Assembly (NCBI GenBank): GCA_046537785.1
Contig: JBKHKD010000012.1
Coordinates: forward strand, 14,596-78,595
Direction of reading: 5' to 3'
Length of the DNA: 64,000 nucleotides
Origin: Actinomycetota bacterium
Lineage (GTDB): Bacteria; Actinomycetota; Acidimicrobiia; Spongiisociales; ZC4RG35
The position numbers were made by a program, and so were the translations under genes. Numbering within the stretch: position 1 is the stretch's first letter; every line of letters starts with the position of its first letter. This document shows, piece by piece, positions 9,603 to 17,981 of this stretch. A model generated the notes under the pieces. The model did no database searches and was not told where the DNA came from. It saw only the letters and a list, made by a program, of their open reading frames with translations.

Positions 9603-10371
9603 CGTCGCCAACCCCCACTCCTGCTTCCTCCTTGGCCTCGTCCTGGGCATCGTCTTTGCCCTCGGCCTTGGCCTGCTGCTTCTTCGCCGCGATCTCCTTG
9701 CCTTCGACGATTGCGTCGGCCAGTGCACCGGCGATCAGGTCGGCGGCGCGGATCGCGTCGTCGTTTCCGGGGATCACATAGTCGACCGCATCCGGGTCGG
9801 AATTGGTGTCGACCAGGGCGATGACCGGGATGCCGAGCCGGTCGGCCTCCTTCACCGCAGTCTCCTCAGTGTTCACGTCCACGACGAAAACGGCGTCGGG
9901 GAGGCGGGTCATGTTGGCGACTCCACCGAGGTTCTTCTCCAGCTTCTCGAGTTCGCGGTGAAGCTTCAGACGCTCCTTCTTGGGACGGTCGATCATCTCG
10001 CCCGTCTCCTCGATGCGGTTGAGCTCCTTCATGTAATAGATCCGCTTCTGGATCGTCTGGAAGTTGGTGAGCATGCCACCGAGCCAGCGATAGTTGACGA
10101 ACGGCATCCCCGACTTCTGGGCGGCATCGGCCACGGCAGCCTGGGCCTGCTTCTTTGTGCCGACGAAAAGGACGGTTCCCCCCTCGGTCGCCACCTTCTT
10201 GACGAACTCGATCGCGTCGGCGATCTGGGCGACCGTCTGCCGTAGATCCACGATGTGGATCCCGTTTCTCTCCCCGTAGATATACGGGCGCATCTTGGGA
10301 TTCCAGCGTCGCGTCTGATGGCCGAAATGGACGCCGGCCTCCAAGAGCTGTTTCATTGTGACTTCAGCCAC
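9595..10371 (-). CDS. rpsB: 30S ribosomal protein S2
   Basis: [27 protein letters not shown]… with an acidic C-terminal tail. GTG start, with AAGGAG 8 nt upstream. Confidence 0.95.
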   Translation of the reverse strand: MAEVTMKQLLEAGVHFGHQTRRWNPKMRPYIYGERNGIHIVDLRQTVAQIADAIEFVKKVATEGGTVLFVGTKKQAQAAVADAAQKSGMPFVNYRWLGGMLTNFQTIQKRIYYMKELNRIEETGEMIDRPKKERLKLHRELEKLEKNLGGVANMTRLPDAVFVVDVNTEETAVKEADRLGIPVIALVDTNSDPDAVDYVIPGNDDAIRAADLIAGALADAIVEGKEIAAKKQQAKAEGKDDAQDEAKEEAGVGVGDGE

Positions 10372-10406
10372 AATTCGCTCCTTTCTGGTTTATTCCTCCG
10401 CCCGCT

Positions 10407-10422
10407 GGACCCGATCGGGTCC
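10407..10422. promoter_or_regulatory. Perfect 16-bp palindrome GGACCCGATCGGGTCC in the rpsB leader / queG divergent intergenic region
   Basis: Read directly at 10407-10422, about 36-50 nt upstream of the rpsB GTG. It could be a leader hairpin or an operator. Confidence 0.25.
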
Positions 10423-10602
10423 CCGTCTCCCCTGGGGATTCGGCCCTCTTCCGAGCTTCGCTCGACCAGTGAGGGGTTTACGGGCGTGCGTGATGGGCCT
10501 GAGTCTACGTAGCCCTCGTAACCTTGGGTAATCGGCACGAGCACACCAACCAGGCACGATCTCGAGCAGGTCGCCAGACACCTGGGGGCGGTCGCCTTCG
10601 GG

Positions 10603-11637
10603 GTGACGTCGGCCGACCCGTTCTCGGACTCTCTGTCGACCATGCGCCGGCACGAGGCCAACGGGATGTCGGGGCCGCTCCACTTCACCTACCAGAACCC
10701 AGCAGAGGCGACCGATGTGACCACCAGCTTTCCCTGGGCGCGCAGCATCGTGGTCTTCGCCTATGGCTATCTGGCCGACTCACACGCACCGTCCGCAACC
10801 GGTGCGACGATCGGCAGGTTCGCCACACGCAATCACTATGCCCCGGTTCGTCTCATCGCGGCCGGAGTGCAGGAGAAGCTGGCTACGGCGGGAGCGAGAG
10901 CGGAGGTGTTGATAGACGACAACCGCCTCGTCGACCGGGCCGCGGCGGCACGGGCAGGAGTCGGTTGGTTGGGACGGAGCACCATGCTGCTTACCCCGGG
11001 CCACGGGCCCTGGCTCCTCCTGGGCTCGGTCGTCACCGACGCCACGCTGGAGACGACCGACCCCATGCGGCGGACATGTGGCACCTGTGTGGATTGCATC
11101 CCGGCCTGCCCGACCGGGGCCATCACCCCCGACGGTCTGGACGCCCGACTGTGCATCTCGACCTGGCTCCAGACGCCGGGTGCCATCCCTCACTGGATCA
11201 GGCCGCTCGTCGAGCGGCGGATATACGGTTGCGACGACTGTCTCACCTCGTGCCCACCTGGGTATCCGGCGATGGAACGTGTCGACATCGCATCCGATGA
11301 GCTCTCGTTCGCCGAGCTGCTCAACATGTCGGATGACGACCTGATGGCCCGTTTCGAGTGGTTCTATATCCCCCATCGGGAGGCACGATTTCTTCGGAGG
11401 AACCTGCTGGTAGCCGCGGGAAACTCCGAAGAGGCCGATGCCGTCCCACCGATCCTCGACCATTTCACCCATCGGTCGTCGCTGGTCAGGGGTCACGCCT
11501 ACTGGGCATTGGCCCGGTCGCTGGGCGCGGGAGCCTGGACCGCGCTGCGTCGACGCCACGCCTTCGAGACCACCCCCGACGCCATCGACGAGCTGGAGCG
11601 GGCGATGCTCATGGTGAGGAAGCCCGGTGATGGCTAA
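10603..11637 (+). CDS. queG: Epoxyqueuosine reductase (4Fe-4S, cobalamin-type fold). The true start is probably upstream of the annotated GTG.
   Basis: CGTCVDCIPACPTGAI… ferredoxin motifs and C-terminal HEAT-like repeats. The in-frame stretch 10522-10602 encodes …LEQVARHLGAVAFG-, which resembles the QueG N-terminal strand, but contains no ATG/GTG/TTG. Confidence 0.78.
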   Translation: MTSADPFSDSLSTMRRHEANGMSGPLHFTYQNPAEATDVTTSFPWARSIVVFAYGYLADSHAPSATGATIGRFATRNHYAPVRLIAAGVQEKLATAGARAEVLIDDNRLVDRAAAARAGVGWLGRSTMLLTPGHGPWLLLGSVVTDATLETTDPMRRTCGTCVDCIPACPTGAITPDGLDARLCISTWLQTPGAIPHWIRPLVERRIYGCDDCLTSCPPGYPAMERVDIASDELSFAELLNMSDDDLMARFEWFYIPHREARFLRRNLLVAAGNSEEADAVPPILDHFTHRSSLVRGHAYWALARSLGAGAWTALRRRHAFETTPDAIDELERAMLMVRKPGDG

Positions 11638-12112
11638 GAAGTCTCCGGTGACCCAGGCGGTGAGAGTCCTGCGTGATGCCGGTATCGACTACACCGAGCA
11701 CCTCTTCGACCACAAGCGCTATCAAGGGGCGGAAATGGCCGCCGAGGCTCTTGGGGTCGACCCCCACCAGACGGCCAAGACGATCGTCTTCACTACCGAC
11801 GAGGGTGATGGGGCAGTCGTGGTGATGCACGGCGATGTCGAGGTGTCGACCAAGAAGCTCGCCCGGCTCCTCGACGTCAAGACGGTCGACCCGGCGTCGC
11901 AACGGGAGGCGAGGAGGCTGACCGGCTACCAGTTCGGGGGGACGTCGCCGCTCGGCATGCGGGCCGACCCCCCGGTGTTCGTCCACGAGACGCTCGCCGA
12001 GATGGAGCGGATCTATGTAAACGGCGGAAGCAGGGGGTTTCTCATCGGCATCGAGCCGAAAGCCCTCATCGATCTGTGCGCCGCCCGGGTGGAAGACGTG
12101 GGCGTCGACTGA
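11627..12112 (+). CDS. ybaK: Cys-tRNA(Pro)/Cys-tRNA(Cys) deacylase, YbaK/EbsC family
   Basis: 161 aa in the YbaK/ProX deacylase fold (…TAKTIVFTTDEGDGAVVVMHGDVEVSTKKLARLL…GGTSPLG…). Overlaps the queG stop by 11 bp. Confidence 0.78.
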   Translation: MMAKKSPVTQAVRVLRDAGIDYTEHLFDHKRYQGAEMAAEALGVDPHQTAKTIVFTTDEGDGAVVVMHGDVEVSTKKLARLLDVKTVDPASQREARRLTGYQFGGTSPLGMRADPPVFVHETLAEMERIYVNGGSRGFLIGIEPKALIDLCAARVEDVGVD

Positions 12113-12115
12113 GCC

Positions 12116-12895
12116 TCAGCCCCAGGCCGGGTCACCGAGACGGTTGCGCAGCGACATCATCGTCTTGGCGTGGATCTGACAGACCCTCGATTCGGTGACG
12201 CCGAGCACGTCGCCGATCTCGGCGAGGGTCATCCCCTCGTAGTAGTAGAGAGTCACCACAAGTCTCTCTCGCCCGGGTAGCCGATTGATCGCATCGAAGA
12301 GGGAGCGACGCGTCTCTTCGGCCTGGAATTCGCTCTCGGGGGAGACGCCCTTGGGGTCGGCGATCATCTCTCCCATCGACGTGGCGGAATCATGGGAGAC
12401 GAATTCGTCCAGGGCGGCGATGCCCGACCGACCGATCTGGGACATGGCGTCCCTGAACTCCTCGATGTCCATCTCGACGTCCTCGGCCACCTCCTCCTCG
12501 GTGGGCGGTCGCTGCAACTTGTGTTCGAGCTCGGCGATGGAGGTCTCGATGCGCCGGGCGCGAGAGCGCACCGATCTCGGAACCCAGTCCAGGGCGCGCA
12601 GCTCGTCCAGTATCGCTCCCTTGATGCGGTTGATGGCGTAAGTCTCGAATTTGAAGCCGCGGTCGAGGTCGAACTTGTCGATGGCGTCGATCAACCCGAA
12701 CAACCCGTAGCTGGCGAGGTCGTTCTGATCGACCGAGCGGGGCAATCCGCTGCCGACGCGCCCGGCCACGTACTTGACGAGAGGCGAGTAGTGAAGGATG
12801 AGGCGCTCCCGGGCATCCGCGTCGCCGGTGGCCTTGAAGCGCTCCCAAAGCCCGTCGAGCTGAGACTCCTCAGGCCCTGGGGTGGCTTCGGTCAT
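12116..12895 (-). CDS. RNA polymerase sigma factor, FliA/WhiG (sigma-28) family
   Basis: Sigma-70 regions 2, 3 and 4 (…GLFGLIDAIDKFD…, C-terminal HTH …LTLAEIGDVLGVTESRVCQIHAKTMMSLR). It sits downstream of xerC as whiG does in actinomycetes. The start overlaps the xerC end by 26 bp. Confidence 0.8.
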   Translation of the reverse strand: MTEATPGPEESQLDGLWERFKATGDADARERLILHYSPLVKYVAGRVGSGLPRSVDQNDLASYGLFGLIDAIDKFDLDRGFKFETYAINRIKGAILDELRALDWVPRSVRSRARRIETSIAELEHKLQRPPTEEEVAEDVEMDIEEFRDAMSQIGRSGIAALDEFVSHDSATSMGEMIADPKGVSPESEFQAEETRRSLFDAINRLPGRERLVVTLYYYEGMTLAEIGDVLGVTESRVCQIHAKTMMSLRNRLGDPAWG

Positions 12896-13757
12896 ACGTT
12901 CCTCTCAAGTGTTTGCGGGTGACGGCAGTGTAGATCTGCGTCGTCGCCAGATCGGTGTGTCCCAGGAGATCCTGAACGGTGCGCAGGTCGGCGCCACCTT
13001 CCAGCAGGTGAGTGGCGAAGCTGTGGCGCACGGCGTGCGGGAAGGTCGCAACGTGTTTGGAGACCACGTGGCGCAGACCTCGCGGGTCCATCGGACCGCC
13101 GCGGAGACCGACCCAGAGACTATCGCCGGAGCCCTCACCGACGATGTGCGGACGACCGTCGGCCAGGTATCGCTCCAGCGCCCTCTGCGCCGGCCTGCCC
13201 AATGGGACCGCCCTGATCTTGCCACCTTTCCCTTTCACAACCACAGTGTCCCCCGAGACGTCCCGGGTGCGCAAGGAGGCAAGCTCCGAGATGCGCAGCC
13301 CGGTAGCGTAGAGCGTCTCTACGATCGCTCGATCGCGCAGACCTGACGGCCCTGAAGTGTCGATGGACTCGATCGCGGCGGCCATGGTGCGAGCCGGAAG
13401 AGCCCGGGGAAGAGGCTTGTCCAGCTTCGGCGTGGACACCCCGACGAAGGGGTTCACCGCGGCGTGACCCCGCAACACCGCATCCGAATAGAAGGCGCGC
13501 ACCGAGGATGCCTTTCTGGAGGTAGTCGTCCTCGAATATCCGAGAGTGTCCAGAAAAGCCAGATAGCGACGGGCGATACGCCGATCCGCTCCCCCGATGC
13601 TGTCGATGCCGTTCCGTTTGCAGTAGTCGAAGAACTGGGCGAGATCTCGCCGGTAGGCTTCGATGGTGTTGGGCGCAAGCCCTCTCTGATCTCTCAGCCG
13701 GGCCAGGTACTCATTCACGCTTGCGGACGCCCATGCAGGCGTCTCGGGAACATCCAC
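12870..13757 (-). CDS. xerC: Tyrosine recombinase XerC/XerD
   Basis: Phage-integrase fold with catalytic R…HxxR…Y (…LGHTDLATTQIYTAVTRKHL…). Conserved position next to dprA and comM. Confidence 0.88.
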   Translation of the reverse strand: MDVPETPAWASASVNEYLARLRDQRGLAPNTIEAYRRDLAQFFDYCKRNGIDSIGGADRRIARRYLAFLDTLGYSRTTTSRKASSVRAFYSDAVLRGHAAVNPFVGVSTPKLDKPLPRALPARTMAAAIESIDTSGPSGLRDRAIVETLYATGLRISELASLRTRDVSGDTVVVKGKGGKIRAVPLGRPAQRALERYLADGRPHIVGEGSGDSLWVGLRGGPMDPRGLRHVVSKHVATFPHAVRHSFATHLLEGGADLRTVQDLLGHTDLATTQIYTAVTRKHLRGTYDRSHPRA

Positions 13758-13799
13758 AGGACTCGATGCTATTTGCTGATGTGCGATGTCCGTGGAACA

Positions 13800-14621
13800 T
13801 CAGGTGGGGACCACGAATTCCCCCATGCGTCGCACTTTGCCCTCCATCTCCAGCCGCCCCAGCTTGACCAATGTCTCGGTGACGGTGAGCGACCAGAGTT
13901 CGGGCAGCTCGCTCATCGGCACACCCTGGCTCGGGATCCCGTGATCGGTGTCGGACAACGACGCCGGTGGCCCGAGTATCAAACTCAACTCCTCGATCAG
14001 ATCGGCGCTGCCGAGCACCGGATGGGCCCCGTCGCGAATGAGGCGGTTACACCCCTCCGACATCTTCCTGTCGACATCTCCGGGGACAACGAACACCGGT
14101 CTTCCCAGCTCGGCGCCCAGCCGGGCGGTGATGAGTGCTCCCCCGGTCGCGGCCGCCTCCACGACAACCACTACGGCCGACATCGCGGCGATGATCCTGT
14201 TTCTTGCCGGGAACCGCCATCGGTCCGGCGGCGTGCCGGGCGGGTACTCGGACACGATCGCGCCGCCGGTGGCGACGATCTCGTCGTAGACCGGCTTGTT
14301 CTCGCTCGGGTAGCAGTGGTCGATCCCCGAGCCGAGTACGGCCACGGCATGACCGGAGACCCGGAGACATCCCCGGTGGGCGGCGGTATCGATTCCCCTG
14401 GCGAGCCCGCTGACGGTAGTCCATCCCGATCGGGCGATGACCGCTCCGAACGACTCGGCGATGTCGACGCCATACCTGGTGCAGCGTCGGGTCCCCACCA
14501 CGGCCACTCCAGGATCTTGCCTCAGCTCGCCGAGAACCCAGATCGCAGGGGCATCCTCCAGGTCGTGGAGACCCACGGGATAATCGTCGGTGTCGGGGGC
14601 AATCAGACGTGGCTCGCTCAC
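13800..14621 (-). CDS. dprA: DNA-processing protein DprA (Rossmann-like domain only)
   Basis: …VAVVGTRRCTRYGVDIAESFG…GLARGIDTAAHRGCL… DprA core; 273 aa. Confidence 0.85.
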   Translation of the reverse strand: MSEPRLIAPDTDDYPVGLHDLEDAPAIWVLGELRQDPGVAVVGTRRCTRYGVDIAESFGAVIARSGWTTVSGLARGIDTAAHRGCLRVSGHAVAVLGSGIDHCYPSENKPVYDEIVATGGAIVSEYPPGTPPDRWRFPARNRIIAAMSAVVVVVEAAATGGALITARLGAELGRPVFVVPGDVDRKMSEGCNRLIRDGAHPVLGSADLIEELSLILGPPASLSDTDHGIPSQGVPMSELPELWSLTVTETLVKLGRLEMEGKVRRMGEFVVPT

Positions 14622-16051
14622 CAGTCCACCCGCAGACCCATGGCCTCCGCCACATGCTCCTCTGCGACCCGGCCCCCGTCGGCGAGGGCGCAGATCGTTG
14701 TCGCCACCCTGCGGACACGGTCGACTCCTCTCGCCGTCAGCAGGCTGTTCCTCAAAGCCGCTTCGAGTAGGGCACTGGCAGCTTCGTCGAGCTCAGGTGT
14801 CCCATCAGCCAGACGCTTGTGGGCTCCGGCCACGCGACGGCGCACCTCGGCCGAGGAGTCCGGCTCGGGACCGGTGGCGTCGTCAGCCTCCAGCCTGTCG
14901 ACGTTCACCACCAGGTCGAAGCGGTCGAGCAGGGGGCCGGAGACACGCTGGCGATAGCGGGCCAGCGCCGCCGGGCGGCATTCACAGGGCTTGCGTCGGT
15001 CGCCCCGGTATCCGCACGGGCATGGGTTGGTGGCAGCGACGAGGTGAAACATCGAGGGAAAGGTTGCGGTCACGCCGCGCCGGGCGACGGTGACCACACC
15101 GTCCTCGAGGGGCTGGCGGAGCGTGTCGAGGTTCGCCCGCGGAAATTCGGCCATCTCGTCAACGAACAACACTCCGCGGTGAGCCAGACTCACCTCTCCG
15201 GGAACTGCGACACCGCTCCCACCGCCAACGAGCGCCGCCCTCGAAGCGGTGTGATGCGGTGACCGGAATGGCCGTGTCCGGCTGAGACCACGCCGCAAAC
15301 CGGCGGCGGCATGCACCAGCGCGACTTCCACCGCCTCCTCATCCCGGAGCGGTGGGAGGATGCCGGGCAGACGTCGGGCCAGCATGGTCTTGCCTCCGCC
15401 CGGAGGTCCATGCAGCAGGACGTGATGGCCACCTGCGGCCGCGATCTCGATGGCTCTACGGGCCAGAGGCTGGCCCCTTACATCGGAAAGATCGGCCGCA
15501 GGCATTGGTTCCTCCGAATAGGCGGCCTCGGCGGCGGCCTGTCTCTCCAGACCACTCCTCAAGAGATCGACCGCCTGGGCAAGCGAGGCGACACCATGGA
15601 CCCGGGAACCTTCCACCGCGGCCACCTCCCCGGCGGCACCGCTGGAAACGAGACACGGGACTCCTAACCGCGCCGAGAGAACGGCGGCACCAATGGTGCT
15701 CGCCCCACTGCGCACACTCCCGTCCAACGCCAACTCACCCACCGCCACGACCCGTCCGGGATGCGGAATCTCCTTGCTGGCGGCGAGGACGCCAAGGGCA
15801 ATTGGCAGATCGAAGTCGGTGCCCGACTTTGGGAGATGCGCAGGAGCGAGATTCACCGTCACGGTGCGGTTCGGGAACTGGACGCCCGAGGACATAACCG
15901 CGGCCCGCACCCGATCCTTGGCTTCACGCACCGCGGTGTCGGGGAGACCGCTCAGCTTGAACTGATCGTTCTGACGGCCCACGTGGGCCTGGACCTCCAC
16001 GGGTCGGACATCTCCCCCGACGAGAGCGACGGAGGTGGTCGCTGCATACAT
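14618..16051 (-). CDS. comM: Mg-chelatase-like AAA+ ATPase YifB/ComM
   Basis: N-terminal Lon-like domain, Walker A GPPGGGKTMLARRLPGILPPL, and a C-terminal ChlI-like domain. 4-bp overlap with dprA. Confidence 0.85.
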   Translation of the reverse strand: MYAATTSVALVGGDVRPVEVQAHVGRQNDQFKLSGLPDTAVREAKDRVRAAVMSSGVQFPNRTVTVNLAPAHLPKSGTDFDLPIALGVLAASKEIPHPGRVVAVGELALDGSVRSGASTIGAAVLSARLGVPCLVSSGAAGEVAAVEGSRVHGVASLAQAVDLLRSGLERQAAAEAAYSEEPMPAADLSDVRGQPLARRAIEIAAAGGHHVLLHGPPGGGKTMLARRLPGILPPLRDEEAVEVALVHAAAGLRRGLSRTRPFRSPHHTASRAALVGGGSGVAVPGEVSLAHRGVLFVDEMAEFPRANLDTLRQPLEDGVVTVARRGVTATFPSMFHLVAATNPCPCGYRGDRRKPCECRPAALARYRQRVSGPLLDRFDLVVNVDRLEADDATGPEPDSSAEVRRRVAGAHKRLADGTPELDEAASALLEAALRNSLLTARGVDRVRRVATTICALADGGRVAEEHVAEAMGLRVDW

Positions 16052-16084
16052 GCCCTCGAACGTACGGGGACCGTCATGCTGGTT

Positions 16085-17494
16085 CTAGGGGGTTGTAAAC
16101 GCCACCGACCCTGTGCGTCGCCCGTCGGCATGCGCCACCAGCTTCCCGTCCATCAGACCCGCCCCGTTGACCCCGCCGAAGTACATGTGCGGGGTATCGA
16201 AGGGGCGTAACGGATGCGGGGCATCCTCCAAGTCGAGTCCGGGCTCGATGGCGAGCCTCACTCCCCACTCCCCCAGTTCGGGGTGGGCCCTCGGGTGATC
16301 GATGGCTTCCCGCAACCCGTCCCCGGCGGCGAGACGGGCGAGAGTGGTGGCCACGGCAGTTGTGATCCGGTCGGCTCCGGGCGACCCCACGGCTACCGCG
16401 TCCGGTCCGCTTCGTGCCACCGTCGGAGCCATGTTGGACACCATGCGCCGTCCGGGCCGACCCGAACCATCTGACAGCTCCAGCTCGCCGAGAGCGTTGT
16501 TCATCAGCATGCCGGTTCCACCCGGGATAACTCCCGATCCGTACCCTGCCGAGAACGAGGCGGACGCCACGCCTCCTTCCTCATCAGCGGCGGCGACGCT
16601 GATGGTCGACGGGGATCTCAACGAGAACGAGTGGCGAGCCTGAAATGCCGAGACGAGCGCTCGAGCAAGGTCGAGAGCATCGTCCGGGTCTCCCTGCGAC
16701 AACAACTCGAGCACATGTGCGACCGTGATCCCTCCCACCGCCGGTGCCGGATTGAGGTCGAACCGCCATCCGCCGAGGGTGGACTCGACCGGTCGACGGA
16801 CGACCGCCTCGTAAGTGGCGAGATCCTCCAGGGTGAGTTGACCCCCGCGGGACTCCAAATCCGACACGATGGCTCGGGCCAGGTCGCCCTCGTAGAAATC
16901 ACCGGGGCCTTCCCGCCCGAGATGACGAAGCGAATCGGCCAGGCCCGGAAAGACGACACGGCTGCCCAATGGCTTTGGCCCATCACCGTCGAGCAACGCC
17001 TCCCTGGCCACCGGGTCGGCCGCGTAGATGGAAGCCGCCCCATCGTTCAGATAAATGTGACACGGAGCACTGAGGGGAAACCCGTCCTCGACAACGACGG
17101 CGACACCTTCCATCAGTTTCGACCACGGTGCAAGGCCGTACATCTGCGAAGCGGCGCCCAGAGCGGCGAAGACACCCGGCACCGCCACCGAGCCTGCCCC
17201 GACCAGAGTCCTCACCCCTCCCCCGTAAGGCATTTCCACCTCTGTGATGAACGCGTCTCCGTCGAAGCCCTTGCCGGGGAACGCCATGTAGCCGTCTATC
17301 ACCACCGGATCATGTCCGGGCAGGTCGATGGTCAGGAACCCCCCACCACCCGGCCCGCACACGCCGGGCTCGGTGCACATCGCGGTGAGCGCGGCAACGA
17401 TGGCCACATCGACGACGGTGCCCCCGCGTTCACCGATGTCCGCTGCCGCGCCAGTCACGACACTCGACGGTCCGGCTATCGACATTCGGGGCAC
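16085..17494 (-). CDS. Gamma-glutamyltransferase family protein
   Basis: 469 aa with a GGT-like fold (…GGGFLTIDLPG…, …GTGMLMNNALGE…). Shorter than canonical periplasmic GGT, and no signal peptide was seen. Confidence 0.65.
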   Translation of the reverse strand: MPRMSIAGPSSVVTGAAADIGERGGTVVDVAIVAALTAMCTEPGVCGPGGGGFLTIDLPGHDPVVIDGYMAFPGKGFDGDAFITEVEMPYGGGVRTLVGAGSVAVPGVFAALGAASQMYGLAPWSKLMEGVAVVVEDGFPLSAPCHIYLNDGAASIYAADPVAREALLDGDGPKPLGSRVVFPGLADSLRHLGREGPGDFYEGDLARAIVSDLESRGGQLTLEDLATYEAVVRRPVESTLGGWRFDLNPAPAVGGITVAHVLELLSQGDPDDALDLARALVSAFQARHSFSLRSPSTISVAAADEEGGVASASFSAGYGSGVIPGGTGMLMNNALGELELSDGSGRPGRRMVSNMAPTVARSGPDAVAVGSPGADRITTAVATTLARLAAGDGLREAIDHPRAHPELGEWGVRLAIEPGLDLEDAPHPLRPFDTPHMYFGGVNGAGLMDGKLVAHADGRRTGSVAFTTP

Positions 17495-17530
17495 GACGCC
17501 AGGTTAAGCCGCAACCGATATGATCCCCGA

Positions 17531-17974
17531 ATGTCGTCTCTCGGTCTCGAAGTCGCCATCGATGAAGCCCGGAAGGGACGTGACGAGGGCGGCGTACCCA
17601 TCGGCTCGGCCCTGGAGATCGACGATGAGATCGTCGGCCGGGGCCACAACCGCCGGGTGCAGAAGGGGTCTCCCATTCTCCATGCCGAGATGGACGCCCT
17701 CGAGAACGCGGGTCGCTTGCCCGCCATCGACTACCGGCGCTCGACGATCTACACCACTCTCTCCCCCTGCATCATGTGCAGCGGCGCCATCCTTCTCTAT
17801 GAGATCCCCAGGGTGGTGGTCGGCGAGAACCGTACTTTCACAGGTGCCGAGAGCCTGTTGCGCTCCAACGGAGTAACGGTCGAAGTAGTCGATGATCTCG
17901 AGTGTGTCGAGCTGATGACCGCTTTCATATCAGAGAACCCCGATGTCTGGAACGAGGACATCGGCATCGATTGA
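17531..17974 (+). CDS. Cytosine deaminase, yeast FCY1 / CDA-fold type
   Basis: 147 aa: …GHNRRVQKGSPILHAEMDALENAGRLPAIDYRRSTIYTTLSPCIMCSGAILLYEIPRVVVGEN…DDLECVELMTAFISENPDVWNEDIG. The zinc triad is H-A-E…PC..C. Close to full-length colinear with FCY1. The upstream two-thirds of the 447-aa track ORF is antisense to the GGT gene. Confidence 0.8.
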   Translation: MSSLGLEVAIDEARKGRDEGGVPIGSALEIDDEIVGRGHNRRVQKGSPILHAEMDALENAGRLPAIDYRRSTIYTTLSPCIMCSGAILLYEIPRVVVGENRTFTGAESLLRSNGVTVEVVDDLECVELMTAFISENPDVWNEDIGID

Positions 17975-17981
17975 ACAGCCC

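Noticed and set aside
16631-17974. 447-aa plus ORF
   Set aside because: The first ~300 aa are antisense to the GGT-like gene. Only 17531-17974 (cytosine deaminase) shows a real fold.
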